Positions 24,679 through 37,800 of a DNA stretch of 64,000 nucleotides are shown in pieces. A program made the position numbers and the translations under genes. Source of the DNA: Hypanus sabinus (Eukaryota); contig NC_082725.1 in the NCBI RefSeq assembly GCF_030144855.1, forward strand, positions 34,534,001-34,598,000. Reading direction: 5' to 3'. The first letter of the stretch is position 1; each line of letters begins with the position of its first letter. The notes below the pieces were generated by a model. It saw only the letters and a program-made list of their open reading frames with translations. It did not search any database and was not told the origin of the DNA.

Positions 24679-26574
24679 TATATGAAGTTTAAAATATGAA
24701 AATAATTTTGTTCCTTTTACTCCAAATACCTTATTTTCCCAGTTAACTTTTGCATGAATTGCACACAGTCAATTTGCTTTGAAATCCTTCAAGAGAATAG
24801 GAATACTGGAAAGGCACAGTACCTAGAATAGGCAGCCCTGTTCCATGCAATTCACAGCTAGCTTAGGTCAGAGGGCTTGATGCTTAAAAGGAGTAAAGCT
24901 TTTGTTCACATTTTCTCTACAGTCAGTCAGATTTGCAGCAGACTTTGCTCTGGATTAGAGTAACAGAGATAGTGTTCAGTTCTGTACTTATAAGGTTTAA
25001 ACTTTTGGTGCCAGCTCACGGCACATTTTCTCTTAATCAGTGTTCTGTTACTGGGGTAAGTGTTCCAGGAAGCAAGTTTTTTTAAAGATATACAGATCTG
25101 ATTTGACAAAGGCTGCTCATTGCCATGACACTCCAGCCAGCTGGCAATAAATGCTGCAAGTTCCCATCTTGGCTAAAAGTCAGACATTATTGGGAAAATT
25201 AGACAAGACAGTTACTTCTCTCTGCCAGTGTTACCTTGCATGCAACACACTCAATCCTTAAAATAGCAAACCATGTTGAGTATTTTGTTTTCATTGTTTT
25301 ATACAGAATTTCTTTTCATGGATTCAAAAAGGAAGAAAAACTAGCACTGAAGACAATTTCTACAATCAGACCCACTATCAATGATTTAAAGGTTCACTGC
25401 ATATCAGTCATTCACTCTCACTCCCCAATTCTACCTTAATCCCCAAATTCAAAATATTTTTGCTGCAACTATCAACCTTAACCTTTCTCTTAATGTCTGT
25501 CTTTTCCCCTCTGGAGAGGAATCGAAAAATTGCAATCAACTCATCCAATATGTAATACGTCAACTCTTTTAAAGCTATTGTTGAAATCAGGAATTTGTTT
25601 GAAAGTCTCAAACAAGGTCATTTTAATGAGTGAATATTTGGAGTAAGAAAGGGTGCACAAAATAATTTCTAAAATCTTCCCATTTATACAGAGATTGAAA
25701 ACAAATACAGTTTATAACTACTTACTTCAAATTAATCTCAGTACACTCAGCCTGATCAAGGTCCAGCAGCCACTGTTTCAGTGTATACAACTTAACTTGC
25801 CTAATGATTTTTTTAAGGTTCCTCCACATACATGTCAGTGTACATCTTTGATTAAGCACATGTGTTACATTTTAATAACTTATGCTAGGCAGGATAATCA
25901 GTTGGAACCAATCATGCAAATTCAAATGAGATTTTTTTTAATTCGATTTATCAGCACTGGTGTAAATTTGGCACTGTCCCAAGAATCTTCTTTCTCCATC
26001 CGTAACCGGAATTCTCAGAGCTTCTGGCTTGCGCTGAAATCATGCATCTTCCCAAATTCCCCCAGTACAACACTATATTGGCCCCAAAATATTGTACTTA
26101 TTATGGAATTGAAAAACTGACCTAAAGAACAAAGTGTAAATTTTTCTTCCTACTGTCTAAACTGCACTATTGCATTTATTAGCTACATTGTGCTGCATCT
26201 GCAAAAGTTTTGCATCTGATGGAAAACTATAACAGAAAAACAACAAAATCATACAATGCTTTAAACATTTTTTGTATTCCAATTAATAGGAAGTAAAACA
26301 ATTCATTTTTAACATGTTTTGGATCCACAAATAATCTTGACTGTCCTTCACTCTTTGTCCTGTTACAGGTCAGATATTGTGGCAATTCCTTAAAGATCAC
26401 ACTCCATAATAAGAAGCCATTGGTTGATTTTTAGGACAGAAAATACGTCACTATATTTAAATCAAGTCGCGTATTAAATAGGTAGACTCATTAGGAATAA
26501 TAGCCACAGCAATTGAGATCAGTCATGTGCAAATTATTATTTTATTACAGTTAATTTCACAACATTAAATATAC

Positions 26575-26900
26575 AATTGACCCAGCCTCCACAGCCATCT
26601 GTGGCAATGTATTCCACAAATTCACCACCCTCTGGCTAAAGAAATTTCTCATCTTTGTTCTAAAGGGACATCTTTTTTTCTGAGGCTATGCCCTCTGGTC
26701 CTAGACAATTCCGTTACTGGACACATCCTCACCACATCCACTCGATTGAGGTCTTCTAATTTTCTGTAGGTTTCATTGAGATCCTTCCTCATTCTTTTAA
26801 ACTCCTGTCCATACAGGCCCAGTCATCAAATGCTCCTGATACAATAACCCTTTAGTTCCTGGGAATATTTTTGCAAATCTCCTCTGGACCCTCTCCGACG
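26575..26900 (-). mobile_element. CR1 LINE fragment (RT C-terminus)
   Basis: ORF 26797..27129(-) contains ERVQRRFAKIFPGTKGLLYQEHL. 'attccacaaattcaccaccctctggctaaagaa' is CR1-like. Confidence 0.85.
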
Positions 26901-28554
26901 GCAGCCCAAAACTGGTTGCAATACGCCTTGACTGCTGAAAATAGAAAATGAGCATCCAGAATGGCTCTGATCCCCTCCGATCTCCATAATTGAAGTGAAG
27001 TGAGGGCCCATAACAAAAAGCTGTACAACAGGTCCATTCAACCAACCCATCCACCCTGTCAATCTGCCCTACCTCCAGCACAGTCTGTAGATCCCACAAG
27101 CGATTTGCCATATTACGCTGAACTGCCATTGATCTTCCCTGCGGAATAACCTAACAATAGTTCATGCAAGGGTTTCCAAACCAAAACTCTGGAAATTATA
27201 TCTCACCAGCTTTGCTTGGGATGAGCAATAGCCCAGCAATTTATCTTTTTGGAAAAAAATGCCAAGCCGTTCCACTAACGGTCAGTAATGAAGCTGGAAC
27301 AGTAACAGAAAACATCAAAGAAAATTACTCTGACCCAGACGTTAGACAAGAGACACCGGAGGTACTGAAATCCGGAGCAACTAACTTCAGATAAACAAGC
27401 TGAATCATAACAACATTTGCTGAATAATTTAAATTGGCCAATTTGCAAAGTAGTTTACAGGAAGGGGAGACTAAAAATCAGGTGAACAGACAGTGCTTGG
27501 AATCAGACAGGAAAATCAGCACAGTCTCATTGACCCCTGTTAAGTCTGGTGTTTGATGCTCAGTTTTAAGAGATAAGAAAGTCCTTTCCCTTGATGAATC
27601 CAAGATGCAGAAACATCCAGAAGGCAACCAGAACAAAATACTGAGACAAAGTCAGACAGACATATTAATATTTTATGCTTCAGAATTAGCATGACATAAT
27701 GAAATTCAGCAGACGCTAAAATCTTGGAAATTAAAAGCAGAATAGGTCAAGCAAAAGCAGTGGGAAAATGAGAGCAAAATCGGAATCAGAATCGCTTTAT
27801 TGTCAGTATGTGAAACATACCAGATTTGACTATGGTTCAGTGCCAGAATAAAACACATGTGTCAAAAAGGTCCACAGCTGGGAACAAGTCCACATCTAAA
27901 ACCTTCCGCAAAGCCTGGTGGATAGTTCCAGTTTGTTAAATCAGCATGAGCTGTGCAGGTTCATGACAAGTTCTGGCATGAACTGATGGGAGAAGGTTAA
28001 AGAAAGGAGGATATAAGTGCCTCTGAGTTGAACTGCTGGGGTGGCAATGGTGATGGCCCTGGGAGAAAACAGAGTAATTACAGAGATTAAAAAATGTCTA
28101 ATTAAGGAACAAAACAGTAAACAATTGTTGATGCTATAGCTAGTGTGGTGGCAAAGGAAACAGTGTTGTGGGCACATCCTTTCATAATTAATCACAGCTT
28201 TGGATAAGGAGACCTTTTGTAATAAATTCCAAGTTTCTTCATAAATTACTTAGTAGCGGGCAGTTTGTGTTGTGAGTTCAGCAATCCCCTGAAGCTCAAG
28301 TGATGCGTAAAAATGGGACTAAAATATGGTAAATGTGATGTCAAGTTAAAATTGTTTTGCTTCAAAATGGTGACCGATTATTAATGCCGACTAAAATTTG
28401 TCAACTTTGTATTGTAATAGACAGCTGTGGAAAGTGCTCATTTTCCTGGCATCTATCTTCTGGGTATACATATAAAGATGAACATGAACTTTACTCAAAA
28501 GGTACTGGAATCTCTTGGGTGACCATGTACTGACAGCTAATCTGCAAGAACTGC

Positions 28555-28790
28555 AATAATTCGGAAGATATGCCATCTTTAATTGCAAGAGGACTTTGAT
28601 AAAAGGATAAAGATACCTTATTGGAAACATGTGGGCCTGGTGAAACTACACCTTGATTACTGGGTGCACGTCATGTTTCCCAACTTGGGAACTATGGAAA
28701 TACAATTCAAGGTCACGAAATTGATTCACGGAAGGCTCGTTTTCCCCATGTGATGAGATAATTCAACGGACTTAACTTGTATTCTTTCTT
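28555..28790 (+). mobile_element. Old CR1 fragment
   Basis: 'ctggtgaaactacaccttgattactgggtgcac' (LVKLHLDYWVH, a degenerate LVRPHLEYCVQ). Confidence 0.5.
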
Positions 28791-29925
28791 TTTTTCCAAA
28801 AATAGTAACATAAAACTCTTACAATATTTCACAAGGCAAATGAAATTTCACCTTACGAGTAGAGAACTTCTGCACAAGGTTTAGTGGCACTGGGATTATT
28901 CATTATGGGAAATTTGTAGACATTAGTGAATCAAGAGATACTGATTTTTCATGGGGTGTTGCTGAGGTTAAAAATCTGATTGAATGGGAGGCAGCTACAA
29001 GGGGCTAAATGGCCCAGTCCTGCTTCCATTCTCATTTGGGGAAGAAAAATGAAAGGAATGAATTTGTTTTGTGTTCAGTTTCCATGCCTACATTCTGATA
29101 TTTGTCTGGTAATCCTTATAAGCATCTTTGATACTTATGAATTGCAGGTGAAAGGCAACCTGGGAGCAGTTATTTAGCAAAGAGAATCTCAAGATGCATG
29201 TGTGAAATTATAAATCATTCAGTTTGGTGCACAATAACTACAGCACCACTTTCTTACATCAATGCCAAATTAGTCGATTCCCTTATTATCCAAATATCTA
29301 CATATTTCCCATCTTGAGTAATTTCAGTAATGGTGCTTCCCCAAGCATGTTGTGCAAAGAATTTCCATCTTATTATGGGAACCCTCAGGAGATCTTGACA
29401 TAATCACTTCATGCGCAGCTCTGTAAGGGAGAATGGAAATACTTGTTCCATTTCAGTCACTCTCTTCCTTCTACAACTTGCTCTCCCACTAACTGGAAAT
29501 TCAGATCATCACACATTCACACTTCAACAATATGATACGGAGACTCAGTCTAGATGCCCTACACAGCACATTTTTTGAGAGTAGTCAATTTCAAAGATCG
29601 GGAATGGAAACAGTATCTTTTCTGCCCACTGCAAAGACATGTGCCTGGCCTGCTTTAGAAAAAGAATTGAACAGTGAAATAGTTGTCATCTTTGGATCAT
29701 AAAAAAGCTTGCATATTTTAAAGTACTTGGTGATGTTGTCTTTAGCCCATTGCCAACTAAGTTCAACCAAGCAAAATCCTTTGCAGAAAATAATCCAACA
29801 GGACATAGATCAGTACAGCAATGTAAAGGGCTTTTGGCACATGATATGCGGTTCTCGAAGTTAGTTTATATGAAATGCCTACTTCTCCTGTGTATCATCC
29901 GCAACCTTCCATTCCCTTCATGTTC

Positions 29926-30047
29926 ACATAAGAGATGCTGCAGATGCTGGGAATTAACCACATACACAAAACGTTGGAGGAACTCAGTAAGTCAAGTAGC
30001 ATCTACGGAGGAGAATAAATAGTTGCCATTTTAGACCATCATCAAGA
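29926..30047 (-). mobile_element. Solo Penelope-like terminal repeat inserted in CR1, ~16-bp TSD
   Basis: 'cataagagatgctgcagatgctgg..ttggaggaactcag'. Flanks CATTCCCTTCAtgTTC (29910-29925) and CATTCCCTTCAcaTTC (30048-30063). Confidence 0.8.
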
Positions 30048-30477
30048 CATTCCCTTCACATTCGTGTGTTTACCCAAACCCCAAATTCCACCAAACTATC
30101 TGCTTCCACTACTGCCACCAGTAACCTATTGCAGGCATCTACTATGTTCTGTGTAAAAAATAAAACTTGCTCTTCATATTGCCTTTAAACTTCTCTCCCA
30201 ACCTTAAAAGCATGTCCTCTGGTACCTGAAATTTCAACCCTGGGGAAAACACTCTGACTGCCTACCCTACACACGTTCCTCATAATTTTTAAATCCTCCA
30301 TCTGGTCTCCGTTCAGCCTCCAATGTTCGAGGAAGAGCCACCCAGGTTGGTCCAGTCTTTCCTTATTGCTCATACCCTCTTAATTCAGGAAGCATCCCTT
30401 CAGACTTCTTTTGCATTCTCTCCAAATCATTCCTATAATGGGGCAGCCAGAAACTGCACGCGATATTCCACGTACAA

Positions 30478-30540
30478 CCTGGCCTGCTAAGTTCCTCCAG
30501 CATTTTGTGTATATTACTCAGATTTTCTCTTGTTGTGAGG
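30478..30540 (+). mobile_element. Penelope-like terminal repeat fragment
   Basis: 'cctggcctgctaagttcctccagcattttgtgt...gattttctcttgtt'. Confidence 0.7.
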
Positions 30541-30544
30541 CCCT

Positions 30545-31220
30545 AAACTTTGATCATTTATTATCACAGTATACAACTCTGAAACTCTTCTCCAGTTAGC
30601 CACAAAATCAAGAAACAAAAGAACGGCAGCGCGATCATCAACCCCCGAATTCCCCTCATCCACTCACAAGAAAACACAGAAAATTAAAAACTATAAGACT
30701 GAACATGACTCCATTGTACAAGTCCATAACCAAAACGCAGAAAACGTTCTCCAGACACAGTGGTAGCCTCTCCCCATTCTGATAGCAGAGTGAATCAAAA
30801 GCAATCAAAAGGCAGTCTCCCCTCTCTGGCAGAAGGTGCAATCCCACCAGTAATCAATTGGCAGGCAGTCAGCGCTCACCTTCTGCGTTCACCTCAATGT
30901 TTTAAATCTCCCTCGTCGCTTTAATCGGCCAACAATGGAAGCTTTATTTAGTGAAATGTTGACCTTGCCTCGCGCCTCATCCTGCAATCTTCTTGCCACA
31001 CGGATCGCACACCCTGCCCATCTCCCAGAATCCTCTCAGAGACTGCAGAACACTGATACACCCAAATGATCTCCAAATTGCAAATCACAGTCCTCAACTA
31101 TTCCAGAATCACATTCAAGATAAAAATAAATGTAAAAGACATAAAAGTGAAATGTATGGTTTCATGGTCTATCCAGAAGACATCGACTGTGAAAGTATTT
31201 TGCCCAGGCACTCTCTTGAC
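30545..31220 (-). mobile_element. Non-coding retroposon with Rex1/Babar-like tail, nested in CR1
   Basis: Minus-strand tail 'gtttcagagttgtatactgtgataataaatg'. CR1 sequence resumes at ~31220. Confidence 0.6.
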
Positions 31221-31356
31221 CTATACCTTGTTTACTACCTTATCCAATGGCATAGCTACTTTTAGTGAATCCCAAGATCTCTGTAATTCCATGCTACTAA
31301 GGGGCCTAATATTAACTGCATACTTTCCCCTTTCATTTAACCTCCCAAAGTGCCAT

Positions 31357-31549
31357 TGTGGTAAACTATGTATACCTGTCTGGACACGCCCCTCTGCTGA
31401 CTGCTCCTGTGGCTCCTCCCACAGACCCCTGCATAAAGGCGATTGCAGGCACTGCACCCCCTCTGTTTCCGAGATGCTGTGCTGCGTTTTGCTGCTAGTA
31501 AAAGCCTATTGTTCACCTCCCGTCTCCAAGAGTTATTGATGGTGCCTCA
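31357..31549 (+). mobile_element. Solo LTR (193 bp, TG...CA) with 5-bp TSD GCCAT, probably Gypsy-type
   Basis: Starts TGTGG and ends CTCA. GCCAT at 31352-31356 and 31550-31554. Internal TATA-like 'cataaagg' and polyA-like 'agtaaaa'. Interrupts contiguous CR1 sequence. Confidence 0.88.
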
Positions 31550-34500
31550 GCCATACATCACACTTTCTCTGATTGAACTCCATCTGCCACTTCTCTGCCC
31601 ATATCCATAACTAACCTATATCCTGCTGCATTCTTTGCTAGTCCTCCACATTGATCACAACTCTACAAATCTTGAGGACATCCAGACATCTTCAAGTCCA
31701 CTTATCTACGTTTTCATCCAAATCATTGGTGATCTATAACAAACAGCAGAGGACCCAGCATCGATCCTTGCAGATCAGCACGGGTCACAGATCTCCAACC
31801 AAAATAATGGCCTATTCTCCATCTTCCACAGGCAAGCCAGTTGTGAATCCAAGCTTACAAATTAACTTTGGATCCAATCAAATACATATCTAGTATGAGT
31901 CAATCTACTATGGGGAACCTTATCAAATATCTTATTAAAGTCTGTGTATATAACGTCCACTGTCTTACAGTCATCAAGCTCATTTATCACCTCCTAAATA
32001 AAAACTCAGTCAGGTTTTTAAGGCATGACCTGCCATGCACAAAGCCATACAGACTCTCCCTAAGCAGGTCATGTCTTCACAAATGCACATAGAGCATATC
32101 CCTTATGAGACTCATCGCCCTATAATTACCAGGATTATCCCCATTTCCCTTTGTGAACAACAGCATAACACTTGGTGCTCTCCAGCTTGCTAGGACCTCA
32201 TCCGTTTCTAGTGAGCACACAAGGATCTACGTCAAAGCCAAAGTAATTTCCTCACTTCCAATATTTTGGTATATATGCCATCAGGTCCAGGGGACCTATT
32301 CACATTAATGAATTTCAGAAAACCCAGCACTTCCTCCACCGCAATCTTAAAAACATTCTAGCCCGTCGGCATGCCACACTCTTTCTTCACTATCCTCCAA
32401 AGTCCTCTCCTTGATATATACTCATGAAGTAGCTCAGTCACTTGATCTGAGCACAAAAGAAAGGACCCAGTCTGATTTCAGCATCCTAAAACTTACGCAC
32501 ACTTCCTTTTACTTTCCTGACTAAATTTAGGACCTCACAGTTCATTTAAGGTTCCCTTACCTTGCCAACCTTGTCCTCATCTTTACTGGAAGATGCTGAT
32601 CCTGAACTCTGATCAGCTGGCCTTTTTTTTTAACAATTCCCACATGTCAGACATGGACTTGTCTGACAGCAGCTACTCCCAGTCAATGTCCTTTAGCTCC
32701 TGCCTTATCCCATTGCAATTTGCCATTCCTCAATTTAGTACCTTCCCACAAAACCCAATTTTATCTACATCCATAACTATCTCAATTGAGCTGTAATCGC
32801 TGTTCCTGATTTTTTTCCACCCACTGGCATATTTGTCACCCAGTCCTGCTCATTTCACTAACTCAGTACTTTTTCCTTCAGCTGGACTCTCCGTATGCTG
32901 CTTCAAGAACCTTTTTTGGATGCACTGAAAAAAAAATCCCACCCCACCTAAACTCAGGGAAGTTTCAGTCTATATCGGGGAAGTTCAAGTCCCATCCCAC
33001 CCACTACAAAAATTCAGTTGCTTCTGCTCCTTTCCAGCATCTGTCTACATATCTGTTCTTCTGCACCTCAGTGGCTACAGGGAGTTTGGGGGTGGGGGTT
33101 ATTGGTCTGCAATACAAAACCCATCAGTGTAATTTCGCCTTTCTTATTTCTGAGCTCCACTCAAACAGTCCCTGTTAATGAGCCCTCCAGTGTGTCCTCC
33201 CTTGAGTACTGCTGTGATATTTTCCCTTATATGTAGCGTAACCCCTCCATCTCATTTTGAACAACCCCCATCATGTCTATATAATAAAAAATATCAGAAA
33301 AGTTAAACGGCCATTCCTGTCCCTCACATGTCACTGTGTTCAATGTACAGGAAAAATAACTCCAATGCCAATGACTGAATTTCAAATGTCAATTCATCTT
33401 TGTGTTTCAGAAAACATTTAGTTACAAACTTATATTTATATATATTTAACTTTAATTATAATTATGGTTATAGGGTTGCTCCTATGTATGGTTTGCTCCA
33501 AAATGGTACAGGGCTTAAATGATATGCACTCAGTGACTGTCCAAGACAAATTATGAACTCTTCTGCTCTAGCTGAATATTGCTTGCATTGGTCACAAGTA
33601 TTAACCCTATCTTCTGAGGGATGCAAAAACAACATGCGTTGTTTCATTGGTAATTCAGAGGTATACAGTTACAGGGCAAATTAATGGGTTAAGTACCAAA
33701 GACTACATAAAGTCCTCAATATTTCTTTTGAGAATATATGTAGCCTTGAATTTTACCACTGATAACACTAACCATTAGCATCACCAAACACCTATGCTAC
33801 GGCACCATGACAAGAGTGTTTCATATTAACATGCCTGCTGGCATATGGGGAGAAATATTCTAAAACAGCATCAAGCTGTCTATGAATTTTTGCATTTATT
33901 TTGTGCAATTATGTAGAAATGGTCCCGTCTCTTAAGTCAGTAGGTAACACAAGATAGGGTATAAAGTTAGATAACAAACGGCTCTAAAATCATCATGTTC
34001 ATATAAAGGAGTAATCTCTCCAGCACAACATCTCCCAAGGCAGGGGAGGGGTGGTGGTGGAGTCAAACAATGAATTGTCTTGCAACACCAGAAAAACCAC
34101 CCAAGACTTTGCAATAACTTTTAAAAACGCTTAATTATAAACATCACAAAAATTCAGTGAGGATAAATGCTTCTTTTATGCAAAGCATTCTAATTTTCGG
34201 TGAAGTATGCAACGGGTACTGTGCTAAGTATACAATGGGTACAGTCACCATTAAGAATACAGGCATTTTGTAGTTTGAAGACAATTGCAGTATTAACAGG
34301 AGTGTTTGAAATTCTGAAATGTTTGCTAAAAGTTGAATAGATAAACTGCCAAGTGGATTCTATTTAAGCAAATTTTCTGCCAAAGAAATAGCTGGACAAG
34401 CAAGCATTTGACCTACTCATAAAAACATCAAGCAGATCACAGAAGGTAAACATGGAAAAAAATATTGCTTTATAAAGAAAAGGAAGCAACAAAGTTGGTT

Positions 34501-36879
34501 CTTATTTTTATCTCACAAACATGTCCCAGGGCATTAACAGAAACATGTCTGGGCACTGCAGAGCAAAAGGAATAACACACGCATTACAATGACGAGGAAG
34601 TCAGTAACTCAATGATTCCACCAATACTAACCCAGCACAACAAACTTCTAAAGATTAGTTTGCACAAGTAACAGAAATAAATTTAGAAATGCCACAAGTG
34701 TTACTGATGAAAATGTGACTACTCAATAAATTTACATGAGCAGCCTTTTCCCCCCACTTATCATGAGTGCAAATATTCTTCAAGAATTCAAAAATGGCAG
34801 TTGGACAATTTCAGTATTGGCACAAATATCTTGAATTTCTGGCTCTTGGTCATTGTGATCTTCCTGAAGCTCATTCCAACTGCATTTGAGAGTTGGAGAA
34901 TTAACAAACCAAATTCACTCAAACTGAAACGAACCTTAAACTATTTGAACTCTTCTAGATTACTGGTGTGCTGGATTATGGTCCTCTAGGTGGGTTGTGG
35001 CCATTGGTGTAAACACACCTCTTCACAAATGCTCAAGAGCACAGAGCATGTTGTCCATCAGTAGGTCAGTGCTTGAATGTTGATGGCGAGAAAGTACATC
35101 ATGTTTTTCAGGCCAAATGCTGGGATACATTTTGGTTCTTGGGTAGCCTGGGGAGGAGAGCAGGCAAGGAGTAGAAGGGGGCAGTCATATTTATGGTGGA
35201 ATGCTTTCATGATTACAGAAACCTGATTTGACATGGCAGATGAATAACATAAGAATGTTTCAACACAAATCTGAATTTTGTGATGGCCATTACAACAGAG
35301 AAAATCAGTAAAGCAGCATTCCAATGTAGCAGAATGGCTTAAAGACTTACTCCCAGGTGGTAGTACTGAACATTTGTGCAATGCATTGTAGCTGCTTTCT
35401 CACTAATTGTATGTATCAGACGGTGGGACAGACTCAAGTACCAATTTTACTCCACACGACTATGAAAGTGAGTACTACATTAATTGATATTTTCCTACAG
35501 CCAGAACATTGATGAAGATCAAAGATCATGGAACTTTGAAGAAAATCTGAGGTCATAAGGTCAGGGAAAATGCATTCCAGTTAGTGTACTGAATGCACTG
35601 AATGACATGGTTTAGGAAGCAGCCCAGTTACTGTGTCAAAAAAAATTGCACTGTGATGAAAATGTGGTAAAATTTAAAAGACTTGGCTGAAGTAGTGAAC
35701 AAGAAATGATGAGTACATATGATTAGATGTACTGTTAGTGAAAAATAATTACTGTCATTGAATAACTTAGCCAAATGATCACTTCCAAATGCAGCAATAC
35801 AATATAATTCATGCAGCGTATGAATCACTTAATACATTGTTACTTGGGAAAGAAAAGTCAGTGGAACAATGTCAATTAAAAAACTCAAGACAGCCATAAA
35901 CATTGCTTCAGCGTTTCACTCTACAAACTGAAAAAAGTCTTGAAAACCTCCCTGAAGACTTTAGCCCTTGTGAAGCCTTATTGGAGTACAAGGGTATCAA
36001 ATGCATGTACCTGACTGGGTCTGAGTTTTGCCTCACTTCTCACTATTGGTTACTACCCGGTTTTACTCCAAAGGCTCTTTGACTCAGTAACCTGCCATAA
36101 TCCAGGAGGGCAGTTTAGTTTCAATATGTTTCAACTTGCCTTTGAAAAAGTTATTCTCAGCAAGCCAAATGCTCTCAGACAAAATTATTAACATGGAGAA
36201 CTGCCATCTGGCTTACCTCCAAAATCTTTAGACTTGGTTCTTAATATTAGGAGAGGATAATACTTTCAAGGCAGACTTCAAAATTTTAACAGTTGCACAC
36301 AACAGTTATTTTCACTATCATGGTTAAATAGAGGAAGAAGGGAAATGGATGCAGGATTCCACAAATTCTGCTCAGTACCATCACTAGCATGTCAGATGAA
36401 TAGAAGCACAAATGCTCTGAGATCCTTGTTTTCATACCATCTTTGTGCAATGTAAACAGATACGCAGGAGCACCTGGCCCAATATAAAGCCATGGATTTA
36501 TCAGACTTAGGGAAGATTGATGCAAATCCTGAGCACCATGAAAAGAAACCCCATATTTTAGATTTTATCTCACTGTTAAAAGTCCAAAATATATTCATGT
36601 GAATACCTTCTTGATAGTTCCACTATTTAACAATTTTGAGCATCGTACACAAGCCAAGATATCAAAGGTTTAAAAAATGAGCTATTTTACATAAGTGCTT
36701 ACACAGTCCTCGGAAATTTCTTGATGGTATACCATTATAATCATGACAGAGTTGTGTGCTTCATGTTAAGCCAAATAATTTTGGGTGATCTCTTAGCTTC
36801 CGAGTGTGTTTTGCACTAAGTAATATGTTTGAACTTGTCTACACTGAATTTGGTTATTTAAATCTATGAGAATGGCAAG

Positions 36880-37800
36880 AGAATATATATATAGGTAATG
36901 AACCACTTGGCCTCTCATAGGTGCTCTGCTATTTAAAAAGAAAATGACTGATCTTTTATCTTTACACTTTCATATCACCATTTTTCTCAGTTCATTTAAT
37001 ATTCAAATTTGATTGATTTGTCTCACTCAGTTATTAACTCAGCCTTCACATTCTCTTGGATAGAGTCACAGAACAGTACCTTCAGCCCATCCAGTCTGTG
37101 ATAAACCATTAATCTGCCTACTCCTACTGACCTGCACCTGGACCACTGTCATCCATGTACCTATCCAAATTTCTGTCAGCTCATTCCACACTCTCAGCAC
37201 TCTGAGTAAAACTTCCCTCATGTTCCCTTAAACATTCCACCTTTCACCTTTAACCCATGACGACTAGTTGTAACTCACCCAACCTCAATGGAAAAAGCCT
37301 GCTTGCATTTACCCCATCCATACCCCTCATATTTTTGTATACCTCTAAAAAATTTCCCCTCAGTCTTCTATGTTCTTGGGAATAAAGTCCCAACTATTCA
37401 ACCTTTCCCCATTACTCAAATCCTCACATCATGGCAACATCCTTGTAAATTTTCTCTGTGCTCTTTCAATCTTATTTACATCTTCCCTAAGGTAGGTGAC
37501 AAGATTAGGCATCACCAAATTTTATAGAATAGCTTCTGGCCAATGCGCCAGAAGTTTTCTTTATGACCCTATCTACCTCTGATACCACTTTCAAGGAATT
37601 ATAGATCTGTATTCCCAGATCCCTCTGTTCCCCCTCATTCCTTAGTGCCCTGCCACTCACTATGCAAGTCCTACCTTGGTTTACCTTCCCAAATTGCAAC
37701 AGTTCACTTGTCTGCATTAAATTCCATCGGCTATTTTCCAGCTCATTTTTCCAGCTGGTCCAGAACCCGCTATAATCTTGATGATCTCCTCACTATCCAC
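36880..37800 (-). mobile_element. CR1 LINE 3' fragment(s)
   Basis: ORF 37505..37717(-) FGKVNQGRTCIVSGRALRNEGEQRDLGIQIYNSLKVVSEVDRVIKK. CR1 tail around 37060-37100. Confidence 0.85.

Larger units (their letters stand above)
29800..33330 (-). mobile_element. Long decayed CR1 LINE carrying several nested insertions
   Basis: ORF 30185..30373(-) KERLDQPGWLFLEHWRLNGD..KIMR..FPRVEISGTRGHAFKV. CR1 RT and endonuclease-region sequence continues from 31220 to 33330 (e.g. rc of 'ggggaagttcaagtcccat', GDFNFP-like). CR1 tail near 29800. Confidence 0.85.

Noticed and set aside
25653-26120. 155-aa plus-strand ORF
   Set aside because: Non-ATG start, AT-rich composition and no domain similarity; consistent with chance.
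27066-27150. Possible minus-strand micro-exon (cag|GGAAGATC...CTGGAG|gtaggg)
   Set aside because: Splice-like ends exist but the peptide is unrecognisable and unsupported.
36437-36530. Possible minus-strand exon (ctcag|GATTTG...AGATG|gtatga)
   Set aside because: Two open frames, neither recognisable; cannot be supported without transcript data.
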